Source: Elusimicrobiota bacterium
GTDB taxonomy: Bacteria > Elusimicrobiota > Elusimicrobia > Elusimicrobiales > UBA9959
Assembly: GCA_037137395.1 (NCBI GenBank)
Contig: JBAXKK010000001.1
Location: forward strand, 64,001-128,000
Reading direction: 5' to 3'
DNA: 64,000 nt
Positions 9,689-19,047 of the stretch are shown piece after piece (position 1 is the first letter of the stretch; each line of letters opens with the position of its first letter). The notes under the pieces were generated by a model, which was not told the origin of the DNA, searched no databases, and saw nothing but the letters and a program-made list of their open reading frames with translations. Position numbers and translations under genes: made by a program.

Positions 9689-9907
9689 TTATATAATCCT
9701 AACTATTTTGGCGGGGCTGCGGGCTCCTTTGACCAGCAGTATCCGCTTGCGGTCGGTATGGATCTCGGCGGCCAGCAACCCCAGGGCGGCGGCGTTGGCT
9801 CTGCCGCGTTCGGCCGGAGCCTTGATCCATATCTCAAAAGAGTCCGGCCCTTTTTTATTTATTTTATTTTCTTTCGCGTCAGGGTGGACTTTTAGTTTGT
9901 AGAACAT
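9689..9907 (-). CDS. DUF167/YggU-family protein
   Basis: KVHPDAK, APAERGRAN and GARSPAK. Confidence 0.85.
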   Translation of the reverse strand: MFYKLKVHPDAKENKINKKGPDSFEIWIKAPAERGRANAAALGLLAAEIHTDRKRILLVKGARSPAKIVRII

Positions 9908-9921
9908 AAAGGTTAAATGAT

Positions 9922-9994
9922 GCCATAGGCCTTAAGCCATAGGCCATAAGTTGCAAAGATCTCCTTAAAAAGCCTAAAGCCTAAAGCTTATGGC
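9922..9994. repeat. Heptamer-repeat element (GCCATAN ... AGCCTAA-GCTTATGGC type)
   Basis: GCCATAG GCCTTAA GCCATAG GCCATAA, spacer, AGCCTAA AGCCTAA AGCTTATGGC. Confidence 0.8.
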
Positions 9995-9999
9995 GTCTC

Positions 10000-11568
10000 T
10001 TATTGCTTCGCAATAAGAGACTGGGAGGTCATATCCGCAGGCTGCGGCAGGCCCAGGATTTCCAGCACCGTGGGGGCCACATCTGAGAGTATGCCGTGAG
10101 GCCGCAGTTTCAGGCCGGCGGCGCCCTTCGCGACATATATAAACTCTACGGGATCGGTGGTGTGCGCGGTTTTAGCCATATTTATCTTGTAATCCCACAT
10201 TTCTTCGGCGTTGCCGTGGTCGGAGGTGATGAGGGCAGTGTAGCCTTTCTTCAACGCCTCTTCCGTAAGCGCGCCGACGCTCGCGTCAACTATCTCTATG
10301 GCCTTTACGGCGGCTGTGAAGTTGCCGGTGTGCCCCACCATGTCGCCGTTGGCGAAGTTGACCAGTATAAAATCGTAATTCTGAGCGTCGATTTCTTTCG
10401 CCACCCTTGCGGCCACCTCCGGGGCGTTCATTTCAGGATGCTCGCCGTAGCTGGACGGGTCAAAGGTGCCCGCTATCTCCACCTGATCCTCGCCTTTATA
10501 AGGCTCTATGCGTTTGCCGTTGAAAAAAGAAGTGACATGCTTAAACTTCTGCGTCTCGGCGATACGGAGCTGCTTTAAGCCGTGCTCGGCTATTACCTGG
10601 CCCAAAAGGTTGTTCATGCTGCCGCCCTCATCCATGGGTGGCAGAGCGCTGAATCTGAAGGCGTCATAATAGCGCGTAAGGCCGCAATAGACGATATTGA
10701 GTTTTTTCCAGCGCGAGCCGGAGTAATGGGGCTCCACAAAAGCCTTGGTGAGCTGTATCGCGCGGTCCTGGCGGAAGTTGGTGTGTATGACTGAGTCGCC
10801 TTCTCTCACGCCTTTATAATCCCCGATTATCGCAGGTGGTATGTACTCGTCTACGATCGGCTCGCCGTTTGGGTTTTTAAGTTCGCTGTAGGCGGTCTCA
10901 ATGGCCTCCAGAGCGCTGTCAACGGGGGTGCCTTCGGCCCCGGTTATGGCGTTATAGGCCTGGTCAGTCAGAGCCCACTTTTCACCGCGGTCCATGGCGT
11001 AGTAGCGGCCCATTACGGTGGCGATCCTCGCTACTGGCACTTCTTTGATAACCTCCTCAAGCATCTTTAAAAAGCTGAGCGCGCTGCGGGGCGGCGTGTC
11101 GCGTCCATCGGCGAAGAAGTGGATGCGAATGCTTTTTACGCCGGCCTTGGCGGCATGGCGCATAATGGCGTACATATGGTCCTGATGGGCGTGGACTCCT
11201 TCATCTTGGACCAGGCCCATGATATGGAGAGTGGACTTTTTGTTTACGGCGTTATCTATGGCGTTCTTGAGGGCCGGGGAATTGAAAAAAGTTCCGTCCT
11301 CTATCATATCCATGATGCGTTTTAGCTCCTGTATGACTATTCTGCCGGCGCCCATATTGAGATGGCCGACTTCAGAGGAGCCCTGATAGCCTTTAGGGAG
11401 ACCGACGGCCTCACCCGCCGGTTCAAGGACAGTATTCGGGTATTCTTTGAGGTAGCGGTCTATGTTGGGCTTTTTGGCGTTATAGACGGCGTTGAATTTA
11501 TCTGGTTTGGCTATGCCCCACCCGTCGCGTATTATCAGCAGAACTTTTTTCTTATCCATTATTTTCAT
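10000..11568 (-). CDS. gpmI: 2,3-bisphosphoglycerate-independent phosphoglycerate mutase
   Basis: DGWG, SEVGHLN, DGRDTPP, GRYYAMDR, AETQKFKHVT, DMVGHTG and DHGNAE. Confidence 0.96.
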   Translation of the reverse strand: MKIMDKKKVLLIIRDGWGIAKPDKFNAVYNAKKPNIDRYLKEYPNTVLEPAGEAVGLPKGYQGSSEVGHLNMGAGRIVIQELKRIMDMIEDGTFFNSPALKNAIDNAVNKKSTLHIMGLVQDEGVHAHQDHMYAIMRHAAKAGVKSIRIHFFADGRDTPPRSALSFLKMLEEVIKEVPVARIATVMGRYYAMDRGEKWALTDQAYNAITGAEGTPVDSALEAIETAYSELKNPNGEPIVDEYIPPAIIGDYKGVREGDSVIHTNFRQDRAIQLTKAFVEPHYSGSRWKKLNIVYCGLTRYYDAFRFSALPPMDEGGSMNNLLGQVIAEHGLKQLRIAETQKFKHVTSFFNGKRIEPYKGEDQVEIAGTFDPSSYGEHPEMNAPEVAARVAKEIDAQNYDFILVNFANGDMVGHTGNFTAAVKAIEIVDASVGALTEEALKKGYTALITSDHGNAEEMWDYKINMAKTAHTTDPVEFIYVAKGAAGLKLRPHGILSDVAPTVLEILGLPQPADMTSQSLIAKQ

Positions 11569-11725
11569 CCTCGCGGAATCATGTTGAAAACTATCACCTC
11601 TGTATTTTAGAAAATAAGGAGGCTGTTATGATATGGCCCTCTACGGCCGGAGCTTTCACTCAGGGATAAGGAAATTTTAGCCGCCTGCCAAAAGAGCGGA
11701 ATGCCGGCCGATTCCAAAAAAGACC

Positions 11726-13024
11726 TTACAGTGTAATGTCCAGCGCGGCGGCTGCCGACTGACCGGCCAGGCAGCCGGTGGAAAAAGCCTCCTGCAAATT
11801 ATAGCCGCCGGTAATCCCGTCAAGATCCAGCACCTCTCCGCAAAAATAAAGCCCGCGCACTATGCGCGACTCCATAGTCCTGGGGTGTATTTCAGCCAGA
11901 TTTACGCCCCCGCGCGTGACAGTCGCTTCCTGTATGGGGCGCGGCCTGGTTATGTGGATCCGGAAATCTCCGAACAGCTCCGCTATTTTTTTGCGCTCGG
12001 CGCCGGTTATTGAGGCGCACTGCCTGCCGCGGGCAATACCGCTCAGCCGCTCAAACACTGAGGCAAGAGAGTCCGGTAAAGCCGCTTTGAGATAAGTTGA
12101 AAACATTTTGGCGCCGTTATCGGCAAAATACTTCTGGGTAGCAGCGGCTAATTCGGCGGGCGTCCGCTCCGGCGCCAGATTCACGGATAGCTCCACCCTG
12201 TTTCCGCGCTCAAGCAGGGCGTCCACCGCGACCCCGCTCATGATAAGGAGTTTGGGGCCGGAAACGCCAAAATGCGTGAATAATAATTCGCCTTTTTCCG
12301 TTGCCGCCGTCCTGCCGTTGATTAAAACCGAAAGCGCTACGCCTTTAAGCGTCAGCCCCTGCAGATCTTTTATAAACGAATCATCGGATTCAAGGGCGGT
12401 AAGCCCCGGCCTTAGCGGGACGATGGTGTGCCCGCATTGCTTTGCCAGGGAGTAACCGTCCCCCGTGGAACCGGTTTTAGGATAGGACATCCCGCCGGCG
12501 GCGATAATTATTTTTTTGCCGCGGATAACTCCGCCGCCCGGGAGTTTTACGCCCTCTATTTGTGAGCCGTTGCGAATCAAAATGCCTGCGGCCTGCGAAC
12601 CGCAGGCGATACTGACTTTGCTGTCTTTCAGGTAGCCGATCAGCGCGGCCAAAACGCTGCGCGCTTTGTCATCTGAGGGGAAGATCTTTCCATCCGGATC
12701 CGCGCGGGTCGGCACTCCGCGCGAATTGAAAAAGGCTATCAGGTCTTCGTTTGAGAATACGCTCAGGGCCCTGTGCAGGAAGTTCCCATTTTTGCCGAAA
12801 GCCGCGATAAATTCTTTTAAGTCCGCGCTGTTGGTCAGGTTGCACCGGCCGCCGCCGGTAAGCAGCAGCTTCACTCCAAGGCCCGGATTTTTTTCAATAA
12901 GCGTGGTTTTGGCGCCCGACTCCCCCGCGCGGCCCGCCGCCATAATCCCGGCTGGCCCGCCCCCGATGACGAGTATGTCCGCGCTGTCGTGGTTCGCGTG
13001 ATAGTTTCCCATATCCATTTTCAT
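11726..13024 (-). CDS. HI0933/YhiN (BaiN-like) flavoprotein oxidoreductase
   Basis: GGGPAG, LTGGGRCNLTN, FTHFGVSGP and GEVLDLDGITGGYNLQ. Confidence 0.9.
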   Translation of the reverse strand: MKMDMGNYHANHDSADILVIGGGPAGIMAAGRAGESGAKTTLIEKNPGLGVKLLLTGGGRCNLTNSADLKEFIAAFGKNGNFLHRALSVFSNEDLIAFFNSRGVPTRADPDGKIFPSDDKARSVLAALIGYLKDSKVSIACGSQAAGILIRNGSQIEGVKLPGGGVIRGKKIIIAAGGMSYPKTGSTGDGYSLAKQCGHTIVPLRPGLTALESDDSFIKDLQGLTLKGVALSVLINGRTAATEKGELLFTHFGVSGPKLLIMSGVAVDALLERGNRVELSVNLAPERTPAELAAATQKYFADNGAKMFSTYLKAALPDSLASVFERLSGIARGRQCASITGAERKKIAELFGDFRIHITRPRPIQEATVTRGGVNLAEIHPRTMESRIVRGLYFCGEVLDLDGITGGYNLQEAFSTGCLAGQSAAAALDITL

Positions 13025-13080
13025 ATTTAAGCAGGTAGCCTATTATAGCGGCCCCGGAGTATTTTTGCAACTTTGGGAAA

Positions 13081-13426
13081 CCCTAATCCTCCGTTAAGTA
13101 TGCGGCCATATAGGAAACCAGATTTCACCTAATGGGTGAAATGGGCTTCACTTTCAGTTGTAATCTTCAGGTTTGCGGGGCTGTCGGGGGCCTGGAACGC
13201 GAAACCAGTGTCGGCCACACCGTGGCCGCACTTCCGGATCGGACCCAGTGTCGCAGGGCTCCACCCGCTCGGCGCGCTTATGCAAGCGCCGAACGAAAGT
13301 AGTGTCCGTAGCAAACCTCTGGTAGCCCAGTCCACTCCGGTACGGTTTCGCTAACCCAGATCCCCCGGCGCCCGCTCCGATATTGCATCTGTCTTGATTT
13401 TACATTTACTTAGCGGAGGATTTGGG
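13081..13426. mobile_element. MITE-like non-autonomous element (346 bp) carrying structured repeat copy A
   Basis: Terminal inverted repeats CCCTAATCCTCCGTTAAGTA (13081-13100) and TACTTAGCGGAGGATTTGGG (13407-13426), 18/20 match; no transposase. Confidence 0.6.
13171..13378 (+). repeat. Structured non-coding repeat, copy A (candidate ncRNA or ssDNA element)
   Basis: Homologous to 37833-38068 (minus) and 54779-54930; nested closing stems with covariation between copies. Confidence 0.75.
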
Positions 13427-13492
13427 AAATGCAAATTAAACTATTTATCTCGCCGGGGATAAAAAACAGGGCCGGATATCGTATTATTTATC

Positions 13493-15076
13493 ATGCCTAT
13501 GGAACTGATCGTGGCTGGGTTGCTCATTCCCGTTGAGAAAGACGGGGCTGATGAATATTTGAAAGCCGCCGCGCGCAAGTTGAATATCCAGGAAACGGGG
13601 TTAAGCGCCGGCAGGATTCTTTCAAAATCATTGGAGACCGGCGACAGACGGCAGTTCTACTATAAAGTTTCGCTGGTCGTCAGCGTTCCTTCCGGCTATA
13701 AGAATAAAGAAAATTTTCAGCTATACTCCGAAAAGCCGGCCTCGCTTCATAAGGTGGCGCCGGCCGGTCAGAGGCCCGTTATAATCGGTTTCGGCCCAGC
13801 CGGGATGTTCGCCGCGCTGGAGCTTATCGAGTACGGGCTTAAGCCGCTGATTTTTGAAAGGGGCAAAAGGCTGGAAGATCGCCACATTGACGTGCAGAGA
13901 TTTATAAGCGACCGGACGCTGTGTCCCGAGTCAAACATCCAGTTTGGAGAAGGCGGCGCCGGCGCTTATTCCGACGGAAAGCTGTTTTCAAGGCGTAATA
14001 ATTCTATTTACGTCAGCAAGGTTTTGGACACTTTTATTAAATTTGGCGCGCCGGCGGAAATAGGGTATATCGCCAAGCCCCATCTGGGGACCGAGGTCCT
14101 GCGCAGGATAGTGGCCAATATCAGGAACCACATTCTTGAGCGGGGCGGCGAGATACAATACGGCGCAAAAATGACGGACATCATCATCTTTGAGGGTAAA
14201 GCTGAGGGCGTTGTAATAAATGATTCTGCGCGCTACCTTTGTTCGGGCGTGTACCTGGCTATCGGCCATTCTGCGCGCGACACCTTTGAGCTGCTGCATA
14301 AAAAAAGCGTCAGCCTTGAGGCTAAGCCCATCTCGGTCGGAGTGAGAGTTGAGCACCCGGCCGCGACTATTAACCTTATCAGATACGGCGACAAATATAG
14401 GGACTTTCCCGGCATAGGGGCCGCCACCTATTCTTTTAACTGCACGAACCGTAAAACAGGCCGGGGCGCGTACACCTTCTGCATGTGCCCCGGCGGCGAG
14501 GTCGTGAACGCGTCCTCCGAGGAAGGCGGGCTTGCGCTGAACGGCATGAGTTACTCGGCAAGAGACTCGGCATTCTCAAACTCCGCCATCGCTGTAACCT
14601 GTCGCGTGGCGGATTATGGATCGGCGCATCCGCTGGCTGGTATTGAATTCCAGAAGGATATTGAGCGTAAAGCCTTCGCGGCGGGCGGGGGAAACTGGAA
14701 AGCGCCGGCGCAGAACCTTAGGGATTTCTTAAAAGGAACAATTTCGGCCGCGCTAAATAATAATTCCTGCAAAATGGGGACGCAGAGCGCTGACATCAGC
14801 GCTATCTTTCCGGACTTCATCGGCGAAACGCTCCGCGCCGCTTTTAGTCAGTGGGAAACAGAATGCCCCTTATTCGCGGGTGATGACGCGATACTGATGG
14901 GGCCGGAAACAAGAACCTCCTCGCCCGTAAGACTGAGGCGGAGGAAAAATTTTGAATCTTTAAATATACGAAACCTCTACCCGATCGGAGAAGGGTCGGG
15001 GTATAGCGGGGGGATAACCAGCTCCGCCGCGGACGCAATAAAAGCCGTGGAGACCGCGCTGTATTCTTTGAATTGA
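13493..15076 (+). CDS. Uncharacterized FAD-dependent dehydrogenase (COG2509-like)
   Basis: IGFGPAG, QFGEGGAGAYSDGKL, FCMCPGG, ETRTSSP and GEGSGYSGGI. Confidence 0.88.
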   Translation: MPMELIVAGLLIPVEKDGADEYLKAAARKLNIQETGLSAGRILSKSLETGDRRQFYYKVSLVVSVPSGYKNKENFQLYSEKPASLHKVAPAGQRPVIIGFGPAGMFAALELIEYGLKPLIFERGKRLEDRHIDVQRFISDRTLCPESNIQFGEGGAGAYSDGKLFSRRNNSIYVSKVLDTFIKFGAPAEIGYIAKPHLGTEVLRRIVANIRNHILERGGEIQYGAKMTDIIIFEGKAEGVVINDSARYLCSGVYLAIGHSARDTFELLHKKSVSLEAKPISVGVRVEHPAATINLIRYGDKYRDFPGIGAATYSFNCTNRKTGRGAYTFCMCPGGEVVNASSEEGGLALNGMSYSARDSAFSNSAIAVTCRVADYGSAHPLAGIEFQKDIERKAFAAGGGNWKAPAQNLRDFLKGTISAALNNNSCKMGTQSADISAIFPDFIGETLRAAFSQWETECPLFAGDDAILMGPETRTSSPVRLRRRKNFESLNIRNLYPIGEGSGYSGGITSSAADAIKAVETALYSLN

Positions 15077-15103
15077 TATAATTAAGATCCGTATGAAAGC
15101 CTT

Positions 15104-16153
15104 ATGAAAGCCTTCCGCGTTTTTGCCGTGCCGGTTCTCCTGCTGCCCGTGGTTTTCGCGGTGACGCTCCTGCTGTCTTTACAATGGGAAAGAGAGTTTG
15201 TTGTTTATCCTGCGGGGCCGGATCTGCCCCGCTTTCAGTCCGCAGATGAAGAGGAAGCGGGAGAGGTTGACGGATCAGAGGCGGCGGAAGAAGAAAGCTC
15301 TGTACAGAACAGAGAAGAAAAGGGAACGGCGCAGAGGATACGACGCGCGAGCGGTAAGCTGGAGGCTACATATCGTTTTCTCAATTTTAACAAAGACAAA
15401 CTTAATATCTCTTTTTCCATGGCCGAGGAGGAATACCGTGAGTATCTGTCCGGCTACGGTTACTCCGACGATAAACTGTCAAACCTGAACCAATGGCGGG
15501 AGAGCGCCCGCCGTAAGGAATGGGACAAAGCCGTAAAAAAGGGCGGGGAGGCAGCGGGTAAAGAGGCGTTGAAGGCGGTGGAATGGGAATATAAAGTCCG
15601 ATTAAATGAATTTTTTAATTCCCGCGGATTTGCGCTTCTGCCCGGCAATATTATTGTCTGCGACATCCCGGCCATTGTAAAGCGCAACATTCCGTTTTTA
15701 AAACCCATGGCCCTGGCTTTTCAGAAGATATCAGAGGCCAGGGGGTATGGACCCGAGGAGACGGTTGGGGCGGTTCTCTCAATGGCGCAGACGGCCCTGC
15801 TCTATAAAATACCGGCGATGATGGAGGGCGGCCTTCACACCGGCGGCTTATTGCCCCCGGGCAGAGCGCTGCTCAGCGGCTGGGGGGACTGCGACACCAA
15901 AACAGCGCTGGCGGCTTCAATTCTCGGGAGCTGGAGCGGGATGCGCCTGGTTGGGGTTTCCGTGCCGGGCCACTACCTTATGGCAATAAGAAGAATCCCG
16001 GCCAAAGGCGACTTGTTTGTAAGATATGACGGACTTGAATATGTGCTGATAGAGCCGGCGGGTCCCGCGTGGCTTGAGCCGGGCACAGTGGGAAGAAACA
16101 CCTCCGCGCTGTTGCAAGGGGCGGAGGGATATAAAATTGAGCCATTTTTTTAA
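15104..16153 (+). CDS. Membrane-anchored protein with a transglutaminase-like cysteine-protease domain
   Basis: N-terminal TM; GDCDTK...PGHYL...LIEP gives a Cys-His-acid triad pattern. Confidence 0.65.
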   Translation: MKAFRVFAVPVLLLPVVFAVTLLLSLQWEREFVVYPAGPDLPRFQSADEEEAGEVDGSEAAEEESSVQNREEKGTAQRIRRASGKLEATYRFLNFNKDKLNISFSMAEEEYREYLSGYGYSDDKLSNLNQWRESARRKEWDKAVKKGGEAAGKEALKAVEWEYKVRLNEFFNSRGFALLPGNIIVCDIPAIVKRNIPFLKPMALAFQKISEARGYGPEETVGAVLSMAQTALLYKIPAMMEGGLHTGGLLPPGRALLSGWGDCDTKTALAASILGSWSGMRLVGVSVPGHYLMAIRRIPAKGDLFVRYDGLEYVLIEPAGPAWLEPGTVGRNTSALLQGAEGYKIEPFF

Positions 16154-16209
16154 AAGCGACTGACGCGAATCCGGCGGCCTTTCGCGCCGGCCGCGCAAAT
16201 GGAGGAAGC

Positions 16210-16749
16210 ATGTTTAACACAAGAGTGATAGTCAGCCTGTTTGAATTCGCGCTCGCGGTGGCGATGTCCGGGTTGATAATAGCCCTGACTTACAAGGTGT
16301 TTATAAGGGCAAATCCGGACTTTGACATGGAGGCAGAAATAAAAAAAGGCAACACCGCGGTAGGCGCGCTGATGGCGGCGATACTTTTATCAGCCTCCAT
16401 GATAGTTCAGAAGGGTATGGGCGCCGTGGTCAGTATGTTTCGTCTCTATATTTCCGCTCCCGGCGAGAGCCAGTTCGGATTGGGGAAACTGACGCTGCTC
16501 TGTCTCGGCCATCTTGGCATTTCAATGCTGCTTGCCGTGATCACTATTTCGGTCACGCTGAGGCTTTTCGGCAGGTTGGATAAAAGCCTGCATGCCGGCA
16601 AAGAACTCCAGAAGGGAAACCTGGCGGTGGGAATACTGCTCGCGGGCGTCGTGTTGGTGGCAGCGCTTTACGTGGGGGAGGGAGTCAGTTCCATTTCAAA
16701 AGCCATGGTCCCACAGCCGTCTATAGGCCGCATAGAGATAATGAAATAG
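16210..16749 (+). CDS. DUF350-like membrane protein
   Basis: Four TM segments with a duplicated motif (EIKKGNTAVG / ELQKGNLAVG); GGAGG RBS. Confidence 0.8.
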   Translation: MFNTRVIVSLFEFALAVAMSGLIIALTYKVFIRANPDFDMEAEIKKGNTAVGALMAAILLSASMIVQKGMGAVVSMFRLYISAPGESQFGLGKLTLLCLGHLGISMLLAVITISVTLRLFGRLDKSLHAGKELQKGNLAVGILLAGVVLVAALYVGEGVSSISKAMVPQPSIGRIEIMK

Positions 16750-16794
16750 CGGGCGCGGCCGCTTTGTCTTAAATACTTTACCCCGGAGGCATAA

Positions 16795-17307
16795 ATGGAG
16801 CAGATTATATTGGACGTCAGAGAGCAGGACGAATTCGCGGCCGAGCATATCCCGGGGTCTATCTGGGTGCCGCTCTCTCAATTCGGCCATACTGCCCCTG
16901 GTGTCCTGCAGTCAATGCTGGGCAGGAAAATAATTATTATGTGCCGGAGCGGGAGCAGAGCGAAGCTCGCCCTTGAACAGATTTCGCAACTGGGCTTCGG
17001 CGCCCAGCTCTCAGCTGAGGTTTATGCCGGCGGAATACTGGAGTGGGCCAGGCAGGGGCGGCCGCTGGTGACTAGTAGGAGCGCGCGCCTGCCTATCATG
17101 CGGCAGGTGCAGGTAGCCGCGGGTTTTGGGGTGCTGGCGTCCGTGCTGCTTGGTTTCAGCGTGGACCAGCGGCTGGCCTGGGTGGCCGCTTTTATCGGGG
17201 CCGGGCTAATATTCGCGGGGATAACCGGTTTCTGCGGGTTGGCGAAGCTGCTCGCGCTCATGCCCTGGAATAAAACGGGGTCATCGCAGGATTGCAGCTG
17301 CGGATAA
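16795..17307 (+). CDS. Rhodanese plus DUF2892 (YgaP-like) membrane sulfurtransferase
   Basis: DVRE..E...HIPG, CRSGSR, RQVQVAAG and GITGFCG...LALMPWN. Confidence 0.9.
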   Translation: MEQIILDVREQDEFAAEHIPGSIWVPLSQFGHTAPGVLQSMLGRKIIIMCRSGSRAKLALEQISQLGFGAQLSAEVYAGGILEWARQGRPLVTSRSARLPIMRQVQVAAGFGVLASVLLGFSVDQRLAWVAAFIGAGLIFAGITGFCGLAKLLALMPWNKTGSSQDCSCG

Positions 17308-17341
17308 GCTGGTAAAGTTTATATATTTCAGAAGAGACGCG

Positions 17342-17376
17342 CCGCCGGGATCGTACGCCCGGCGGTTTTTGTTTTC
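17342..17376 (+). terminator. Intrinsic terminator
   Basis: CCGCCGGG/CCCGGCGG stem followed by TTTTTGTTTT. Confidence 0.7.
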
Positions 17377-17428
17377 AGGGTGAGGGTAAAAATATTTATC
17401 GCGGAAAGCTGTAACTGCAGCTTTCAGG

Positions 17429-18493
17429 CTAGCGGGTTATCTTTTGGTCCGCGCCGAAGATGTGGGCTATGAGCGCGGCCCTGGCCCACATGCCGTTGCG
17501 CTCCTGCCGCCAGAAAACGGCCCGCGGATCCGCGTCCACCGATATCTCTATCTCGTTTCTTCTGGGCAGGGGATGCATTATGACGCAGGTCTTTTTGATA
17601 AGCTTCAGGTGCTCGGACCTGAAATAAAAAGGTGAGTAGTCCACGGCTTTGGATTCGCCGGAGTGGTCGTGCTCGTCCTGAATGCGGGTCATGTAGATGG
17701 CGTCGGCTTCGCCCATGACAGATCTGAAGTCCCCGGTTTCCGTAAAAGGAATATGGTGGCGCTTCAGAAACTCCAGGATATCAGGCTCCATGCGGAACTC
17801 CTCGGGGGAAACAAAAGCCAGCGAGATATTCTTATAGTTCTTCATCAGATAAGTGAGCGAACGCACGGTCCTGCCGCGCTTCAGATCTCCGACCATTACT
17901 ATCTTCTTGTTATCCATGTCTCCGTTGAAGCTGCGGTAAAGCGTGTAAGAGTCCAGAAGGGCCTGGGTGGGATGCTGGTCCTTGCCTGAGCCGCCGTTTA
18001 TTATGGGGACGGGCCGGTTGGTGAGGTTCATCAGCCACGCGGTTTTTTCTACGAAGCCGGGGGTGGGATGGCGCATTATTATCATGTCCACGTAACTGGA
18101 GAAGGTGCGCACGGTGTCTTCCGGACTTTCGCCTTTAACCTCTGAGGAGGTGGAGGTGTCCCGTATCTCGGAAGTTTTTACGCCGAGTATGTGGCAGGCG
18201 TTCAGGAACGAGAGGAAAGTTCTGGTGGACGGCTGGACGAAATAAAGCATGGCGCGCGTGTGCGAGAGAAGGCTGCCGGCGTGATCCATGCCTTCTTTTT
18301 TTTGCGTTATATCCCTTAGCGTGTCGGCGGTTTTGAAAAGGCTGGTCAGAAGTTTCCGGTCAAACTGCTGGGCGAAAAGACAATCATAAAGCCGGCCGTC
18401 CCGGCTGAAGAAAGGGATCTTCTCGGACACATTCTTTTTATAGAAATCGTCCCAGTTCGCGTTCACGCTGGTCATTTTCAGAGTTCTTTCCAT
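17429..18493 (-). CDS. pyrB: Aspartate carbamoyltransferase catalytic subunit
   Basis: PSTRT, KGES, HPTQALLD, GDLKRGRTVRSL and MHPLPR. Start moved to ATG 18493 (GGAAGGA RBS) because the longer ORF-track start overlaps the upstream gene. Confidence 0.92.
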   Translation of the reverse strand: MERTLKMTSVNANWDDFYKKNVSEKIPFFSRDGRLYDCLFAQQFDRKLLTSLFKTADTLRDITQKKEGMDHAGSLLSHTRAMLYFVQPSTRTFLSFLNACHILGVKTSEIRDTSTSSEVKGESPEDTVRTFSSYVDMIIMRHPTPGFVEKTAWLMNLTNRPVPIINGGSGKDQHPTQALLDSYTLYRSFNGDMDNKKIVMVGDLKRGRTVRSLTYLMKNYKNISLAFVSPEEFRMEPDILEFLKRHHIPFTETGDFRSVMGEADAIYMTRIQDEHDHSGESKAVDYSPFYFRSEHLKLIKKTCVIMHPLPRRNEIEISVDADPRAVFWRQERNGMWARAALIAHIFGADQKITR

Positions 18494-18510
18494 ATGGTCC
18501 TTCCGGTGAT

Positions 18511-19047
18511 TTAATTTTCGTCTTTTTTGAGCAAAGCTTCGATGTGCAGGTTGTTCGCCCTGTCGAGCTTGACCTTTGCCGTTACCGAGCCGCTGCGCGC
18601 GTCCTTGAGCGGGTCGTTCTCGTTCAGGAAGAATTTCTCGATGCCGTAATATATGCGCGGGCCGCGCCAGGAGTCCGCCTGGACTCTGCCGCGGGCCCAT
18701 AGGCTGTCCGGGGAGGACGGCGGGCGGGGCGCGCAGTTAGCGGCCTCGTAGATCGGCAGGACTTTGCCCTGCGCAGTTACGGTCCGGGTGCTTTTCCGCA
18801 GGTTGACGTAGAGGGTTTCCCAGCCCTGAATTTTCAATAAGTCCCGGCAGTCGCCGGTCTGAGGGTCCCCTATGGCGTAATTCAGGGCCACATAGGTGCC
18901 GCTAAGGAGGTCGCGTGGGTCCACGGGTTCGGTCTCAAGATATATTTCATCGGGGCCGGCGGTCTTGTCCATGGTGAGCAGATAGCCGCCCCAGATCGTG
19001 AAGAACGCAAGTTGTATTATAAGCGCCGCGCGGAGTTTGCTCGTCAT
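18511..19047 (-). CDS. GDYXXLXY-domain membrane-anchored protein
   Basis: PVDPRDLLSGTYVALNY and YGIEKFF; typical partner of DUF2157. Confidence 0.85.
   Translation of the reverse strand: MTSKLRAALIIQLAFFTIWGGYLLTMDKTAGPDEIYLETEPVDPRDLLSGTYVALNYAIGDPQTGDCRDLLKIQGWETLYVNLRKSTRTVTAQGKVLPIYEAANCAPRPPSSPDSLWARGRVQADSWRGPRIYYGIEKFFLNENDPLKDARSGSVTAKVKLDRANNLHIEALLKKDEN

Noticed and set aside
11616..11669. AAGGAGG RBS followed by a 13-codon ORF (MIWPSTAGAFTQG)
   Set aside because: It is too short, runs opposite to the flanking genes in the gpmI upstream region, and has no supporting features.
13129..13354. ORFs MDWATRGLLRTL... here and at 37875-38090, apparently a conserved small protein
   Set aside because: The similarity comes from the shared non-coding repeat. 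There is no RBS, the starts are GTG/TTG, the frames diverge at the variable hairpin, and copy C lacks the segment.
18494..18700. N-terminal extension of pyrB in the ORF track
   Set aside because: It overlaps the GDYXXLXY gene in another frame, and a good RBS precedes ATG 18493.
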